Below, in pieces: positions 41,401-61,600 of a stretch of 64,000 bases of DNA. Position numbers and translations under genes: made by a program. The stretch is from Tubiluchus corallicola. Taxonomy: Eukaryota; Animalia; Priapulida. The notes beneath the pieces are model-generated. The model was not told the DNA's origin. It saw only the letters and a list, made by a program, of their open reading frames with translations, and made no database searches. Each line of letters begins with the position of its first letter. Within the stretch, counting starts at the first letter, position 1. The stretch lies in assembly GCA_030141605.1 (NCBI GenBank), contig JAQGDQ010000028.1, positions 496,001 through 560,000 of the forward strand. The letters are read 5' to 3'.

Positions 41401-44400
41401 CAAGAATGATCACTTGTATCCCTCGGGAGGTGAAGGTGGCGTCTTCGACGTGAAGACTATTGAAGAAAAACTTAAATTTAAGTAAGTTTATTTTGTATAA
41501 TGCATAGTACTGCTTTGGTAATTGCTGTTTCAGGAGATTGAATGAATCCAGGTAAAAATGTCACAGGTAAAAAAGTCACAGGTAAAAAAGTCGTGGGTAA
41601 AAGTCACAGAAGAAAGTCACAGGAAAACAATCGCAGGAAATGATAAGGCACAGGAAAAAAAGAAATACCCAAACCCTAACCCTAACCCTAACCCTGTCTC
41701 TAACCCTAATGGGGGAACACCTATTCCTAACCCTAGCCAATATTAATTGTGACTTGTTCCCGTAATTTTTTTCCTAAGACTTTATTACCGGTCACCGATT
41801 GGATAGCACGCAATATTTTATTTAGAACAAACAACGCTAAGCAAAGTTTCGTTAGTTTTTCAGATTTTGTTAGACAACGATTTAATTTAAATCACTGTTG
41901 AGCGTTTTTACTGTGTATACTCATAGGATTTACTTATAATTTGCTATAATTATATCGGCCTTAAATCGTTTGCAGTGCGCCTTTTGCTTCTGGAGCTCCA
42001 TATGACCAGAAACCAGACGTGGACATCGACATATTCAGAGACAGTACAGTTACTGCTCAAAATTTAGCAAACTATTTAATAGGCGATTCTGGAACCAACA
42101 GATTCGAACTCGGAGACAGGGCAACGGTTGTCATTTCCTGGCCAAAGACGAGTAAGAAACTATTTACTATCATATTCTTGAACAACGCCTTTACCAGGTT
42201 ATTTTTGAGGCAACCAGATTATTACATTGACTCGTTTATGTAAGAACAAGATAAACGAAAAATTTGTGTAACTTAAAGGCCTATATAACCCCAACAGACA
42301 TTGATGTTTTTAACGTACTATTATGATTACACAAAAAATTCATAGTTATTATTGAACAAAAGAGACGTATAAATTAAATAACTTACCTTTTTCTGATGAA
42401 TTTCGAACGGGTGCATTGCCGTAAAGATCGCCATGTTTCGCGTCTTTGGCGCGAGTGAGCGAGAGTGACATACGAGGTACAGAAAGCGTCCTTGTTGATG
42501 TTTGTTTACCGATCTTTTCGTGACTGTACTCATAACGTCATTCGTCTCACGCAACTAATGGCGGTTCCTCAAATTTAATGCCGCTAACAACGAAGTGATA
42601 AAAAAACAAGTTTTACAGTAAGTTTCTAAGAAAACTAAATTGAATATTCATAATGACAGTATGATTTTAAGTTAAAAAAGGTTATAGTTATTATAGTGAT
42701 CATTTAGTTTGACCTTAAGTGAACACACCTAATTCCGAAAAAAGTAAATTCATTTTTAAACTTATAGGCTATAAAACTTTATTAGTTTTTCATAAAAAAA
42801 CAAGTATCTACAATTTCTATTGAGCATTCACTGCACTCCACGCCAGGAGGTGCATAGGGCCAAGACATTCCCTCTTCGAACCTTCCTGGCCTTTGTCTCA
42901 CACCATCTCCTCCACGTAAGCCCCACTCTTTGTGCTTCTTCCTTCAGCCGGATGGTTTTCGTCTATAAAATTATGTTCAAATGCCCGTGAGATCAATGCC
43001 ACATCACTCTGCGAATTTTTCCAGTACTGCGTCACACTTCCGTCTTATTCCCGTCGTCTAGTTGCCACAGCCTCGTCGCATAGTCGTATTTTCGTTCTTG
43101 ATCTCTTCTTCAATTGGCACTCCAGAGAATTAAATTATAATTGGAATATTAAAGTGAGGAGAGAAAATAATCTATGAGCAGCATAAATATTTGTATGATA
43201 ACGTTTATTTTAGAAAACTGGGACGTATCTGTTAGGAACTGCTATGCACACGATGGATACGGAAAGCACTTCCTAAAACTCATCGATGAAATTGGGTAAG
43301 AAGACATGAACTTTCGTTTTTACAATAAAATTATTTTACACGGCAAGTGTTCTTTGCCTACTCAGGGAATTTGGTGTAATGCTATTATAATCTCGTCACA
43401 CTTACTGGAAGCAGACCCTGCTAATCTATCTTTTTTAAATTTTATATATATGTTATATTATACTTACTATATATAACTTATTTCAAACGTATAAACCAAA
43501 TTTGGTTATTTTCGCTTGATTGTTTCTTTACAATATTGTAAAAATATAATGTTATTTTACAGGTGCGCTCGGTATGACTTGCAAAGTCCTCCCATTTACC
43601 TTACTGAACCAGTCCGGAAAGAAAATTTTGATATAACATATACGGTGAATGGAAAAGATGAAATGGTAACATTGAGCGCCATCTACTTCAGTTTTAGAGG
43701 TTTCCGGTTCCCCTCGACCAGCACTGTTTACGTGAATTGTGAAGTGAAAATATGTGAATATGCTTGCAGGGTAAGTAGTTTTTTAAAGCCGAACTTACAG
43801 ATCTCACTAAGAGACGCTCTGGCTGAAACCAGCCTTTCACAGGATAGAGCAATACAATCCTGCCTATTGCCGAACCGACCATCATCGAAGGAATCACTGA
43901 CAGTAACTGTTGTACTTAATCACAAAAGTTAAGCAACACTGGATGTGCTTAGTAAATGACAAGGAAAATGTGAAGTGCCGGTTTCCTCTGCTGTACAACC
44001 TAAAGCTAAATGTTGCTCTCGTTGATTAAGGCGAAGGAGGTCTCATGTGCAACAAACGCATCTGAACACCACTAAGAGACACCTGTGCCAGTTTACTGTC
44101 TCATCGCAGAACTTTAAAACCATTGAATATAAGTAGTAAACTCGTTGTTGAAAGTTGAATTCTTGCTTGCAGTGTACGTAAAAAAGTTAGCTGACGAACG
44201 CCAAAGAAAGGGTTGCCATATCTAGATTTCAAAACGCAACTATTACTGGCGTCTTGCGCTTACGTTTACAAGATTTAGTTTAATTTAGTTTATTTGGTAT
44301 AACAATTATCCAAAGTACATGAACGTAATACTCAACATCTGAACTACAAATTACGAAATACTGTATAAAGAATTAAACACCGTACAATCTAATAAACAGT

Positions 44401-45585
44401 CACAGTAATTATAGAAATATCAAATTATAATGTCATCAACAACGATATCAGACTACCATATTGACTTCTATGACAAGTACTTTGTGCTTAATGGCATTAA
44501 GACATTTAAGGTATACATGTGCCTAATATTGTAATCTCTAACCCTACAAACAGACTATAGTAATTAATTTCTTCTTGTAACATCTTGTTGATAATCAGCT
44601 TTGACTGCAAAAAGCACTGAATCTGGAATCTGGATGATTGCGGTAAATTGCATCTAATGCCAGTCAGCAGCATAATGGCATTAATGGAAACGCCGGTTTT
44701 TATGATTATATTATGATGACAATGATGACGGCGACGATGATGATAATGACAGTAGAAATTATCGTTCATTTATGATGATTTATTGATTGATTTAAACAAT
44801 AAGAAATATTGCCTAAAAAGTATGAAATTTTTAAATGCCGATAAATATTATTAATTACTCGTCTTGATTGATAAATACGAGTAATTTGCAAAAAAAGTAA
44901 TAAATTTGAAGTTAAAATTACACAAGTTATAATATCCTAATTAACACGAATTATATTTACATTGCATGTTTTGCTATATTTCAGCCTGGCCAGTGCTGGT
45001 ACCCTCATAGAAGTGATGGTGGCCGTGGTGGTGGTGGATATGGAGGAGGTAGTGGAGGACAAGGTGGGGGAGGTGGAGGAGGATATGGAGGAGGTGGTGG
45101 AGGTGGAGGTGGATATGGAGGAGGCGGTGGAGGACACGGAGGAGGTGGTGGAGGACACGGAGGAGGCGGAGGTGGATATGGAGGTGGAGGACGTAGTGGT
45201 GGAGGTCATGGTAGCAGGGGAGGCGTCAATGTATATGGAAGCCCTGGGGGTGGTGGTCATGGGAGAGGTAGACAAGGTGGAGGTTATGGTCGAAGGCGGA
45301 AGAGATCGGATGGTGGAAATGCAACAAACGAAATGGAAGAAGTCATCATTGAAGTGAAGGATGTGTCTTCGGCTGGAATCGAAGTCGTAGTTCCAGGCTT
45401 GGATCTCACGAGTAAGTTCAGCTTTCTAACAAACATATAATAAATTCTAGTTTACTTACACCTAGGCTGACGACTTTCTTAAACTGGACTGGTTTTAAAC
45501 GAGGAATATTTGAAATAACTCAGACGACACGGTTTTTCAACTTTAATTTGCATGAAGATGATAATGGAAGTGATGATGGTGATGG

Positions 45586-45627
<42 letters not shown>

Positions 45628-46042
45628 CAGTGATGATGATAAGATGAATATTTATTTTACATCGATTTTAAAAACACAACTACAATCTGCAAGAGCTTAT
45701 GCCACCGATTAGATGATGATTATCATCCCTTCGCCATTTAACAAACTCAGAATTTTTACAACCTATAAGCTATATCGACTAAAAAACATTTCAGTTGAAT
45801 TTACAGTAAATTAAGACGCTACTGAATACTTCACATGTTTGTTTGCTTTGTGCCTGGTTTTTTCACTATTAACATGAGTTTATAATTTTTCAGGCGAAGC
45901 GATGTTTGTTGCACCTACTGAACAACCAAACTGCGTAGAACCTGTCAAGTTTTACTCCATCATCGCTGCAACATTGGTGGCTGTTCTATTTACAACCATT
46001 GGAGTTTTTATAAGATTCACACGTGGGGGAAAGAGTGTGTGA
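35440..46042 (+). CDS. ZP-domain (cuticlin/dusky-like) type I membrane protein with Gly/His/Tyr-rich blocks, paralog 1, ~650 aa
   Basis: Exons 35440-35478 (signal MQAVPALFILLLW), 36978-37170, 38032-38234, 38780-39113, 41340-41481, 41976-42151, 43214-43295, 43563-43770, 44985-45411, 45894-46042; phases 0,1,0,1,2,1,2,0,1; 1953 nt. ZP-N with 4 Cys (VKC..PFFGYVYA..C..GCG..VQC), ZP-C (FELGD..VRNCYAHDG..LIDEIGC..FRGFRFPSTSTVYVNCEVKICEYAC..GQC), furin RRRKR, TM FYSIIAATLVAVLFTTIGVFI, short tail. AATAAA at 46232. Confidence 0.88.
36330..36790 (+). mobile_element. Degenerate LINE (L2/CR1-like) RT C-terminal fragment in ZP1 intron
   Basis: Frameshifted motifs CMEYRGHHWADA and IPRRRTAAYNSNFFHRASCLWNNL typical of CR1/L2 ORF2 ends. 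Confidence 0.6.
40200..40880 (+). mobile_element. LINE 3' fragment, same group as 10476-14672
   Basis: CRAVKLIFKFSKCYFRVKLHLFQTYYTLFYDMATWRHY..KLRLSYN..LRKLL..SARALFVENNV, homologous to 10618-10998. Confidence 0.8.
41548..41797. mobile_element. Non-autonomous element with subterminal tandem repeats and (CCCTAA)n core
   Basis: 5' tandem GGTAAAAA(A)GTCACA units, central CCCTAA repeats (41668-41737), 3' degenerate inverted TGTGACTT..../GACTTTATTACC. Confidence 0.65.
45571..45646. repeat. (GAT)n repeat
   Basis: Direct observation. Confidence 0.9.
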
Positions 46043-46919
46043 AATAATTCACCATTCCACAAGCCAAGACTCAATAGTCCGTACAAAAGTGAATTGCACT
46101 GTGCACACCTGTACTTTTTACATGTGTAATAATTATCATTATCCATGTTTTCATGTTTTGCATTTTTTTGCTTTATTACATTGTTGTGGTCTTCGTGTGC
46201 TGCACTTGTGTTAGTTTCTGTTTGTGTTTTAAATAAAAGTGATCTATTTTTACCAGTTTTATGTGTAAATACGTCAATGTAGTGAGTGAAACGACTATGT
46301 GGTATACGTTGACTTGGTATACTTGTTTTTTATTTCATTATTACTTGAATTATTATTTCATTTTTCGTTTGTTTTGTGTTATTTCAAAACCCCGTTTGTA
46401 AAGGTTTTACAATTTGAATTTCGTTTTTCATCCTGTTAATGTACACAAAGTGTAGTATGGTGGTATGGTCTTGATCCGCCTTTCGGCGTCCATTGTTCCG
46501 TCCAAACATTTTTTATAACTGCCGGCGAAAAACTAACCAAAGACTGGTAAAGTCCACCAATGTGAGGTGTACATTGCTAAAATTATTTTGCCCTGTACAG
46601 CTTTTTAGTCGCGTAAGTAGAATCAACAGTTAAATTTAGAAAATGAAACTAACCAGAATTCGCACAAAACCTGATTCTACATGACTACAATAAGCCCGCA
46701 TGTAGCACGATAGAGTTTGGGTTACATGAATTGGTAAACTTATACATCCGTGGTTTTGTGCTAAAAATAATTGCTTACACAAAATAAAAAAGCAAAATTT
46801 GTAGCACGATCAACATGCGTGACGCCTCTTTAGGCTAAATATGAAGAAACGCTTTAGAAATTGAGTTATACATCAGGTTCACCATAAACTTAGTTTAAAC
46901 TTGGAAGCGCTTTTAAGCC

Positions 46920-47004
46920 CCTCTTTCTTTCTCTCATTCTCTTTCTTTCTCCCTCTCTCTTTCTCTTTATCTCTCTACCGCGCTCTTTCTCCCTTTCTCT
47001 CTCT

Positions 47005-47066
<62 letters not shown>

Positions 47067-47068
47067 TC
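46920..47068. repeat. (CT)n microsatellite
   Basis: Direct observation. Confidence 0.93.
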
Positions 47069-48744
47069 GTTTTTCTGACGCTGGTTTGCACTATTTTTAA
47101 ATTTTTTTTCGCTAACTATCTTTCCTTGACATATAAAATTTAAGCTGTACCTTGGTGCTGTGTAATCATTATGAACTTTTGGTGCTTTGCGGCTTTACTT
47201 CTTACTAATTTTCTGCAGTCAGGTGTTTTTTCACTTTCGTGATTAAACTGCTTCAATTTGCAGTCTCTTGCTTTTGTGTGAAAATAATTTTTGTACCTGT
47301 CGCTTACTTTTTGGTTTTGATTCAACTTCAGCGTTTAATGTATCTTTCTTGCATGACAGCATATATCCCCAAAATGCCTGTTGTTATTTCAAGTCTGATC
47401 ACAATTCTGAATCACGCGATAAACTTCGCATTTATCCTCAAAATCTCACAAAACACACCCAACACACCTATGCTTTGCAGGTGAAGTAATTGTGCTTGCA
47501 AGGTACTTGTTAAGCTCTCTATAAACGAATTCTGAGCCAGTTCTCTAACTTATAGTTCCAAATATAGCCGTGGTGCTGAAGACAGTGTGGAATTTATATT
47601 CCATGATTCCTGCTTTGAATATGGATCCAGTCACAGTCATGGGTAAAGCGAGGCTCCGTATTTTTATTTAGTTTGATCTCAGCTTTGTGCAAAAATTCTG
47701 GTTTAGTCGCAGCTTTGGTGAAACTAGTGCATGATCTTATATCCAAACAGTATGCTGCAAATCCAACTCCAAATTAGTTAGGGCAGTGAGCTTACATGTC
47801 AAAGCTCCGTGTTCAACCAGATCCAAATACAATTTAGATTCCAGACCTTCTTGTATCCGAACAGTTATGCTAACCACTATACCACAGAGGCACGCTGCTT
47901 TTCAGACTTCGAAATTTACTCTATAAGCTACTAGAACAAAGGCATTTTGCTTGCGTCTTGGGGGTATCACGTTCAAGTCCATATTCCTGTAACAGTCTCT
48001 TGGAATTACTTTTTTTTATTTTTTCTGAAAAATGAATGTTTTTACTTATCAGATGTGATGCTAACTACCTTGTCAGAACGTGTTTTCCCCCACAAACCTT
48101 TACTCTACAAGAAATAATGATTAATTACTCGCTGCGTACCAAACATATATCATGTATGTATATGCGCTAATGTGGTCACGTAGACATCTTGGATTAATTC
48201 ACTTTTTGTTTAAATTTTGGTTACTACAAATAATGCTCGTTTTTTGTACATAAAAGCAAGTATAGGCCTACTTTTGTGTAGTTTTGTCTGTCTGGTTTGA
48301 TCGCTATGAGATCATTGTTTTGTTACTACAGTATGTTTGTTACTGGGCTTTAATTATTATATTACGTGTTTTGTTACATATCCAACAGAAAAGGCGGCTG
48401 TGATGTGTCCCCTTATTACGCGTTATTGTTATCATATATGACTATTAATCCGTCACTTATGACTTGAAATTTTTGTTGTTTTTTATTCGTAATGTTTTAA
48501 TTTACCACACATTATTTTAATTTATCAGCTTTACTTATTAGGTTATATTGTAAAAAGCTATTACATACAAAATAAAAACGTTGAAGTAAAATGGTTGTTT
48601 TTATTGTTTTGTTGGAGATTATTATAAGTACTTTTCCTGCAAGCGCTATATTCGTAGACATCCTTTCATAGCCGTTTTGGTGTGGTAACATTATCACTAC
48701 TGTTGCTATTACACTCATCACCGTAAGCATCACCATCGTTATCT

Positions 48745-48749
48745 TCATC

Positions 48750-48784
<35 letters not shown>

Positions 48785-48803
48785 GTCATCGTCATCGTCA
48801 TCG

Positions 48804-48840
<37 letters not shown>

Positions 48841-48844
48841 TCAT
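48745..48844. repeat. (CAT)n repeat
   Basis: Direct observation. Confidence 0.93.
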
Positions 48845-48929
48845 AAAATATTTAGATCTCAACATAGATAATGACTTAAAATAGAGCACACAAATCAATA
48901 CAATAACTTCAAAACTGAATAGGACTGCA

Positions 48930-49330
48930 GGTGCTTCTTCGAAATTCTGCCATTTTATTGACGCACATACTCTTAAAATGGTCTACTACGCGTTAATATA
49001 TCCTTGTTTTCAATATTGCATCCTTTCATGGCATAACACAAATCAACACATTCTCCAACCTCTAATCTCAGCACACAATAAAGTAGTAAAATTCATGACC
49101 TTTGCAAATTATCCTGATCATGCAAGTCCTTCATACGCCTAATTGCTCATGCTAAAAATTCAGGACATTTATAAGCTTGAATTATTCAAATTAATGCACA
49201 AATTCAGTAACAACTCTCTTCCAGATTTACACACTAACTATTACACCAAGAATGAAGGTATCACATTGATTAAAAACACTACAACATATAGGCACTAAAT
49301 TGTGGAACTCCATTTCACAAGATATATGTG
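48930..49330 (+). mobile_element. Degenerate LINE (L2/CR1-like) C-terminal fragment
   Basis: Translates to DHASPSYA*LLMLKIQDIYKLELFKLMHKFSNNSLPD ... GTKLWNSI, typical of L2/CR1 ORF2 ends. Confidence 0.55.
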
Positions 49331-50119
49331 TACAAATACCACATGTGAACAACGTATACAACAAACAAAGGCATCTTGTTTGTCTCTGTGTGTCTGTTTG
49401 TCTCATCGTCATCATCATCATCATAGGCCACACGATTAACTACAATTTATTCTGGCAGACATTGTTCATACTATAACAAAATGATACATTCTGTAGTATG
49501 GTCACGTTAGAATGGTCCACATGGGCAGTCATCATCAATTATACATTCGATTAATAGAATTTTACTGAAAACGTATAATAACCCATTCATCGGCCCCATC
49601 TATTAAATTTAAAAAAATCATTGACTTTAAACGGGGCTGCATAACAATGAAAGATTAAAATTTGACAAAACACAAATAAAACTTGACATAAATTCCAGCA
49701 GCATAAAGCTCGTCATCACCACATCCAAAACCACTTCTACCGGCAGCAGCAGCACTGTCACCCCAAAACTTCCAGCAGCAAGACGAACAATAACAACTAC
49801 AACAGCAATAGAACGTAACATTTGCAACATTACAAGAAAAACACTATTTCCTTCTATTAAAGAAAATGCTTTACATAAGCAGTATATTCATAGTCATTGT
49901 AATTAAAACTAATATGCGTGGGAATTGTACGTACATTAATGCAATAACGCTCACGTAGAGGCTTGTGAAGTTATTGTGCAACAAAGAAAGTAGGCGATAA
50001 AAATCAGCCATGCAAAATTAGTGCAACGTAAGCTCTACCACTGTAAGCTCCCACTTGATCCTTTGAACACTAAAAGAGGCGTTGTTAGGCCAACTGACCA
50101 TCAATCAGTGGTCACGACC

Positions 50120-50259
50120 GAAACGACTTCAAGAGAATAAGAACCATGTCGCGAGGGTACTGAGTCCAGTACAACGGGTGCTTTTGTGTGTGATTAAGCA
50201 GGAGACGAAGCTAACTCGCTGTGTGGAATCAGATAACATATTCTAATTATTGCTGTTCC
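50120..50259 (+). other. Candidate non-coding first exon of ZP gene 2
   Basis: Strong donor TCC|GTAAGT at 50260 after a GC-richer patch; parallels 33918 in gene 1. Start approximate. Confidence 0.35.
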
Positions 50260-51533
50260 GTAAGTTTCTTTTTCTTTTACTCCGTTATAAGAATAGCAAA
50301 ATTTTTGTACTGAAATGTAGCAGTTTTAGAAGCTTTCAAAAGTCAAGTTTCCAATTTTGCTTTAACTTAAAAAAATAGACAGTCAGGTAAACAAATACTG
50401 AATAATTTGACATTCAAAAGTTAAAAGTCTTCAGTTTCTAAAATGTGCTTTTTTCATTTCAGAAAGTTTAAAAAAAATTACGTAGGCAGGTGGATAGTGT
50501 TCAGTAATAAAATACCGTATTTTTTCATTTTAAAAAGTTTAAAAATTCCACCTTTTTGAGCTTCTTTTAGGATGTTTAAAAAATTTAAGCAAGGAGTAAT
50601 GGTATTCTATGCATCCAGAGTTTAAATGTGACCTAAGTCACAAGTCATTTCACCTAGCGGACTTTTTAAATATGTATTTGTTTTATCTAAAAGTTAAAAA
50701 TTCTGTAAAAAATGTTGGAATTTAGAAACAGTGGAAATTTGTCGAGTAAAGTCTTTTGTTGGTAAGTCACTGCGCCTGCGCACTAGCTGCGTAAAATTAA
50801 AGTGAACATCAAATGAAGTTCACTAAAAATAAGTTTCTCCTGAACATTTAAGTCGTTTAGCTTTTCAGCATTTAAGAAAGTTTTACTGCTGATAGTAATA
50901 AATTACTACAATAAAAGCTACACTATATACAATATATTCAACAAATAAACAGTAAAAGTCCGTGAGTTGGAATGGCAGTGTGTGGGTGCGTGCGATATTG
51001 TCATACTTTACAATAAAGATGCTTTACTCAAGGCGTCGGATGCAGCGAAGCCTTCAAGCAAAAACTAAAAATACCGACTATGCCAGCCGTTCAGATTTAG
51101 AGAGAACAAGAAATCGAAGAAAAAAGACGAATATCGTCAAGGGTAATGAAGCTTGTTGCCTAACTGTTTGTTTGTGTGCTTGGCGTGCACTTTTTATACA
51201 CTTTAGCACATTGGATGTCGAAAAGTAATCAAACATAGGTCCTGCTCAAGGATATATTCGCTATCAGAGCTTAGCTCATTGCCAGGGGCACTGCTCTAAA
51301 ATTAGCCACTGAACAGGCAGCGGTGTCTCAGCCACATACGGGTGTCTTCCCTGAGCTCCCTCCACGAGGTAAACAGCCAAGACTGTGAATGACACCTTCC
51401 AGAGTGAGTATCGAACCCACAGCACGGGAGCTTACGCATTTAGCGATGATCTTCGCTATATTATCGTCAAACGCATAATGAAGCATGTCAGCTTAATTTG
51501 TTTAAAAACTTGCATAACCATGGAGTTACGTCA

Positions 51534-51542
51534 TCAAGGTCA
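51534..51542 (+). promoter_or_regulatory. FTZ-F1/SF-1-type extended nuclear-receptor site TCAAGGTCA, adjacent to TTACGTCA (bZIP-like)
   Basis: Exact motif in the putative first intron of ZP gene 2; function untested. Confidence 0.3.
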
Positions 51543-53768
51543 TTTATAAAACTTGGAAGAATAACGGAGGTAAGAGAGGAGCAAAGAAGCTAGAGGCGAC
51601 AGAACTCATTTTTTGAAGAAACGACTTAGACTTCAAAGAACTGCGAACCGAAATTGGAGTAGCTATTGCTGCAGCACCACCTGACACTAGAGCTATAAAT
51701 AAAGACTATGTGAATGCAGTTGCAAAGCGTCTTTAATAATGACGGTGATGATAACGATGATTTTGATGTTAATGATGACGTGTGATGATGATGATGATTT
51801 TTATTTCAAGACAGCTTTCAAGTGAACATTAGTAATACATATAAAAGCTTGTAAATATTACACTGATCAAGGCAACAAAGGTTACCGTAACAAGATCCTC
51901 AGACATTTGAGAAGCTCGCATCCTTAATCAAAGAAGATCATATCCTTTATTAGCCCCAGAGGTCAATTTGTTCCCACCATCTAAACAGTAAGAAACTATT
52001 CTCATTGCAATACCATAACTGAAATGTTGTATGTAAACGTCCGAAACCGCTGATAAAACCTAGTTTTCTAAGGTTGAAAGCTGTGTTGTATACAATTCAA
52101 TTATTTTATTGGGCAAATCCATTTAGCCAATGAAAGAGAAAGAAAAGAAAATTACCAACAATTTAATCAATCATTACTCATTTGGTTAGAATGGGGAGTT
52201 TGAGTAGAATGGGCACATGAACAGGTAAATACAAGCTGTTTGTTTCAGTTGAGGCGAAAAAACAAAAGAACCCAAAGTACATAAATTATAAAAAAAACAG
52301 CTAAATTGTTTATTTTCCACTAAAGTTTGCTTAATTTTGGTAGGAAGGTTCAAAACAACAGCAAAATAATATTACAGCCAACTGATATTATTTAGAAGAA
52401 AATAATGTAATTAACAAAATAAATAATTAATCAAATACAAATATTATTTGTTTACGTATTTTACGTAAGTATGAAATTTGCTTTAAATTTGCGTTTATTA
52501 TTTACATTTTAATTACATTGTAATTTTCCGGAGACGTCATTTATAAGTTATAAAAAAACTTTCTCTCAGGGGATGCTTTCTTGGTGGGCCAATCACGCAG
52601 GTGAAAAAATTCAAGTGACGACGTGTGTTATAAAAATGTTTCCATGCTGTTTGCATATTAAACAACGTACTGAAGTTATTGACTTGTGTTTTTCAATTGC
52701 AATATGATTATTAGCACGTTATACTTGTGAGGAACTACAATAAGTCGTAAAACTCATTTCGGTGCTCTTTGACCGCGCGAGTTCGAAAGGCATTTCATTT
52801 AACGGGAATGGTCAATGCGTTAAACCTACTTTCTAACAAATAATGCTTTATAAACAAAAACTTGCGAAATGTTTTGGAGCGTTTTGCATCTCTTGCAAGT
52901 GTAACAACATTCGGCTGCCAATAGCTACCATTCCGTGGAAACAGGAAGTAAAAGAGAAAAATCGACTGACCTTAAAAGTGCAAAGAATTGTACATTTGTG
53001 TGGCTAGCTGCTTAGGCTCAGCGGCATTTTAAGATTAACTAAGCAGGTGAATAAGCTCTCAGCTCCAGGAAGAAGTGGCGGGGAGATTAATATTCAGAAA
53101 CTGGGGGAGATTAAAGAGTAGATGCGTTCATTAGTGGCTTTCATTGAAGAGAGGCACAGCTTGAGACGTGGCCAGACAACTTTTGTGGACTGCAGCTTGT
53201 AAGCAGGTGTTACAGGTGACCCTCTTAACCATCCACTTTTGACCTGGCTGCGTCTCCCAAGTTCGTAGAAGAAATGTGGGTTAACGCCATTGCAATGAAC
53301 AGAAAGAGTTAAATTACTGATGATGCAACCACTACCACTGTTATGCCCAAGGAGCAATATTATAACGAAAATTTAGAAGTTTTCCTTTTTTGCTTTCGTT
53401 TATTCAACAGCAATAATAAATTTGCAATGATCGATTTTAATAAACCGTTTCAACTTTCAACCCCGGTTCCAGATGACTACTTCGTTTTTTTTACTTTTGT
53501 GAACTCCAAATACAGGCAAGGCTTAACACTGCGCTTAACATACAATCGAAGTGGTAAAACTGTGGGACTAAATACGCCTAAATTCAAGATATTTGACCGA
53601 AATGCGTAGATCCATTGTGTCAATGATAATTTAATATAATCATAAATAAATTGCTTACCAAGCATTTGATTATATTTAAGCTACTGTGTTATTATAGTTT
53701 ATGGCATGATGCAGAAATGATTTTCTTTCGAGTTCTAAACATGCGTGAGTAGTTGTGTGCGAGCGCGT

Positions 53769-53822
53769 CTGTGTGTGTGTGTGTGTGTGTGTGCGTGTGT
53801 GTGCGCGCGTGCGTGCGTGTGT
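53769..53822. repeat. (GT)n/(GC)n microsatellite
   Basis: Direct observation. Confidence 0.9.
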
Positions 53823-54016
53823 TGCAAATGCTACATTTATACGGGGCATAATCGGAACCCCCTCGTTGGCCCCCAAATACCAAAGTAAAAAGGAGATTGT
53901 TATCTTTTCATGAGCGATAAACACGCAAGTGAAGCGCATTAGCTCTATGGGTCAAGCAATTGTTACTTTTATTTATATTTTACAGGTCAGAGGGGTAGAG
54001 CAGACGACCAGGGACA

Positions 54017-61600
<7,584 letters not shown>

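Noticed and set aside
41548-41660. Possible CRISPR-like spaced repeats
   Set aside because: Short degenerate tandem units without unique spacers, in a eukaryotic intron; part of a transposon-like element.
41668-41737. Interstitial telomere from chromosome fusion
   Set aside because: Very short, degenerate, not head-to-head, and embedded in an interspersed repeat.
42274-42720. Kolobok-like TTAAAGG-bounded DNA element (similar starts at 8691 and 63469)
   Set aside because: Could not identify convincing matching terminal inverted repeats; left unannotated.
44937-45357. Glu/Val-rich (EEVVEVDMEE) and Ser/Thr-rich ORFs, also at 38729-39188, 56455-56703 and 60505-60834
   Set aside because: Alternative and antisense frames of GGN glycine codon runs; splice phases place the real exon in the Gly frame.
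46028-46042. Class I PDZ-binding motif at the ZP tail (GKSV*)
   Set aside because: Class I needs S/T at position -2; here -2 is Lys. Only the terminal Val is supported.
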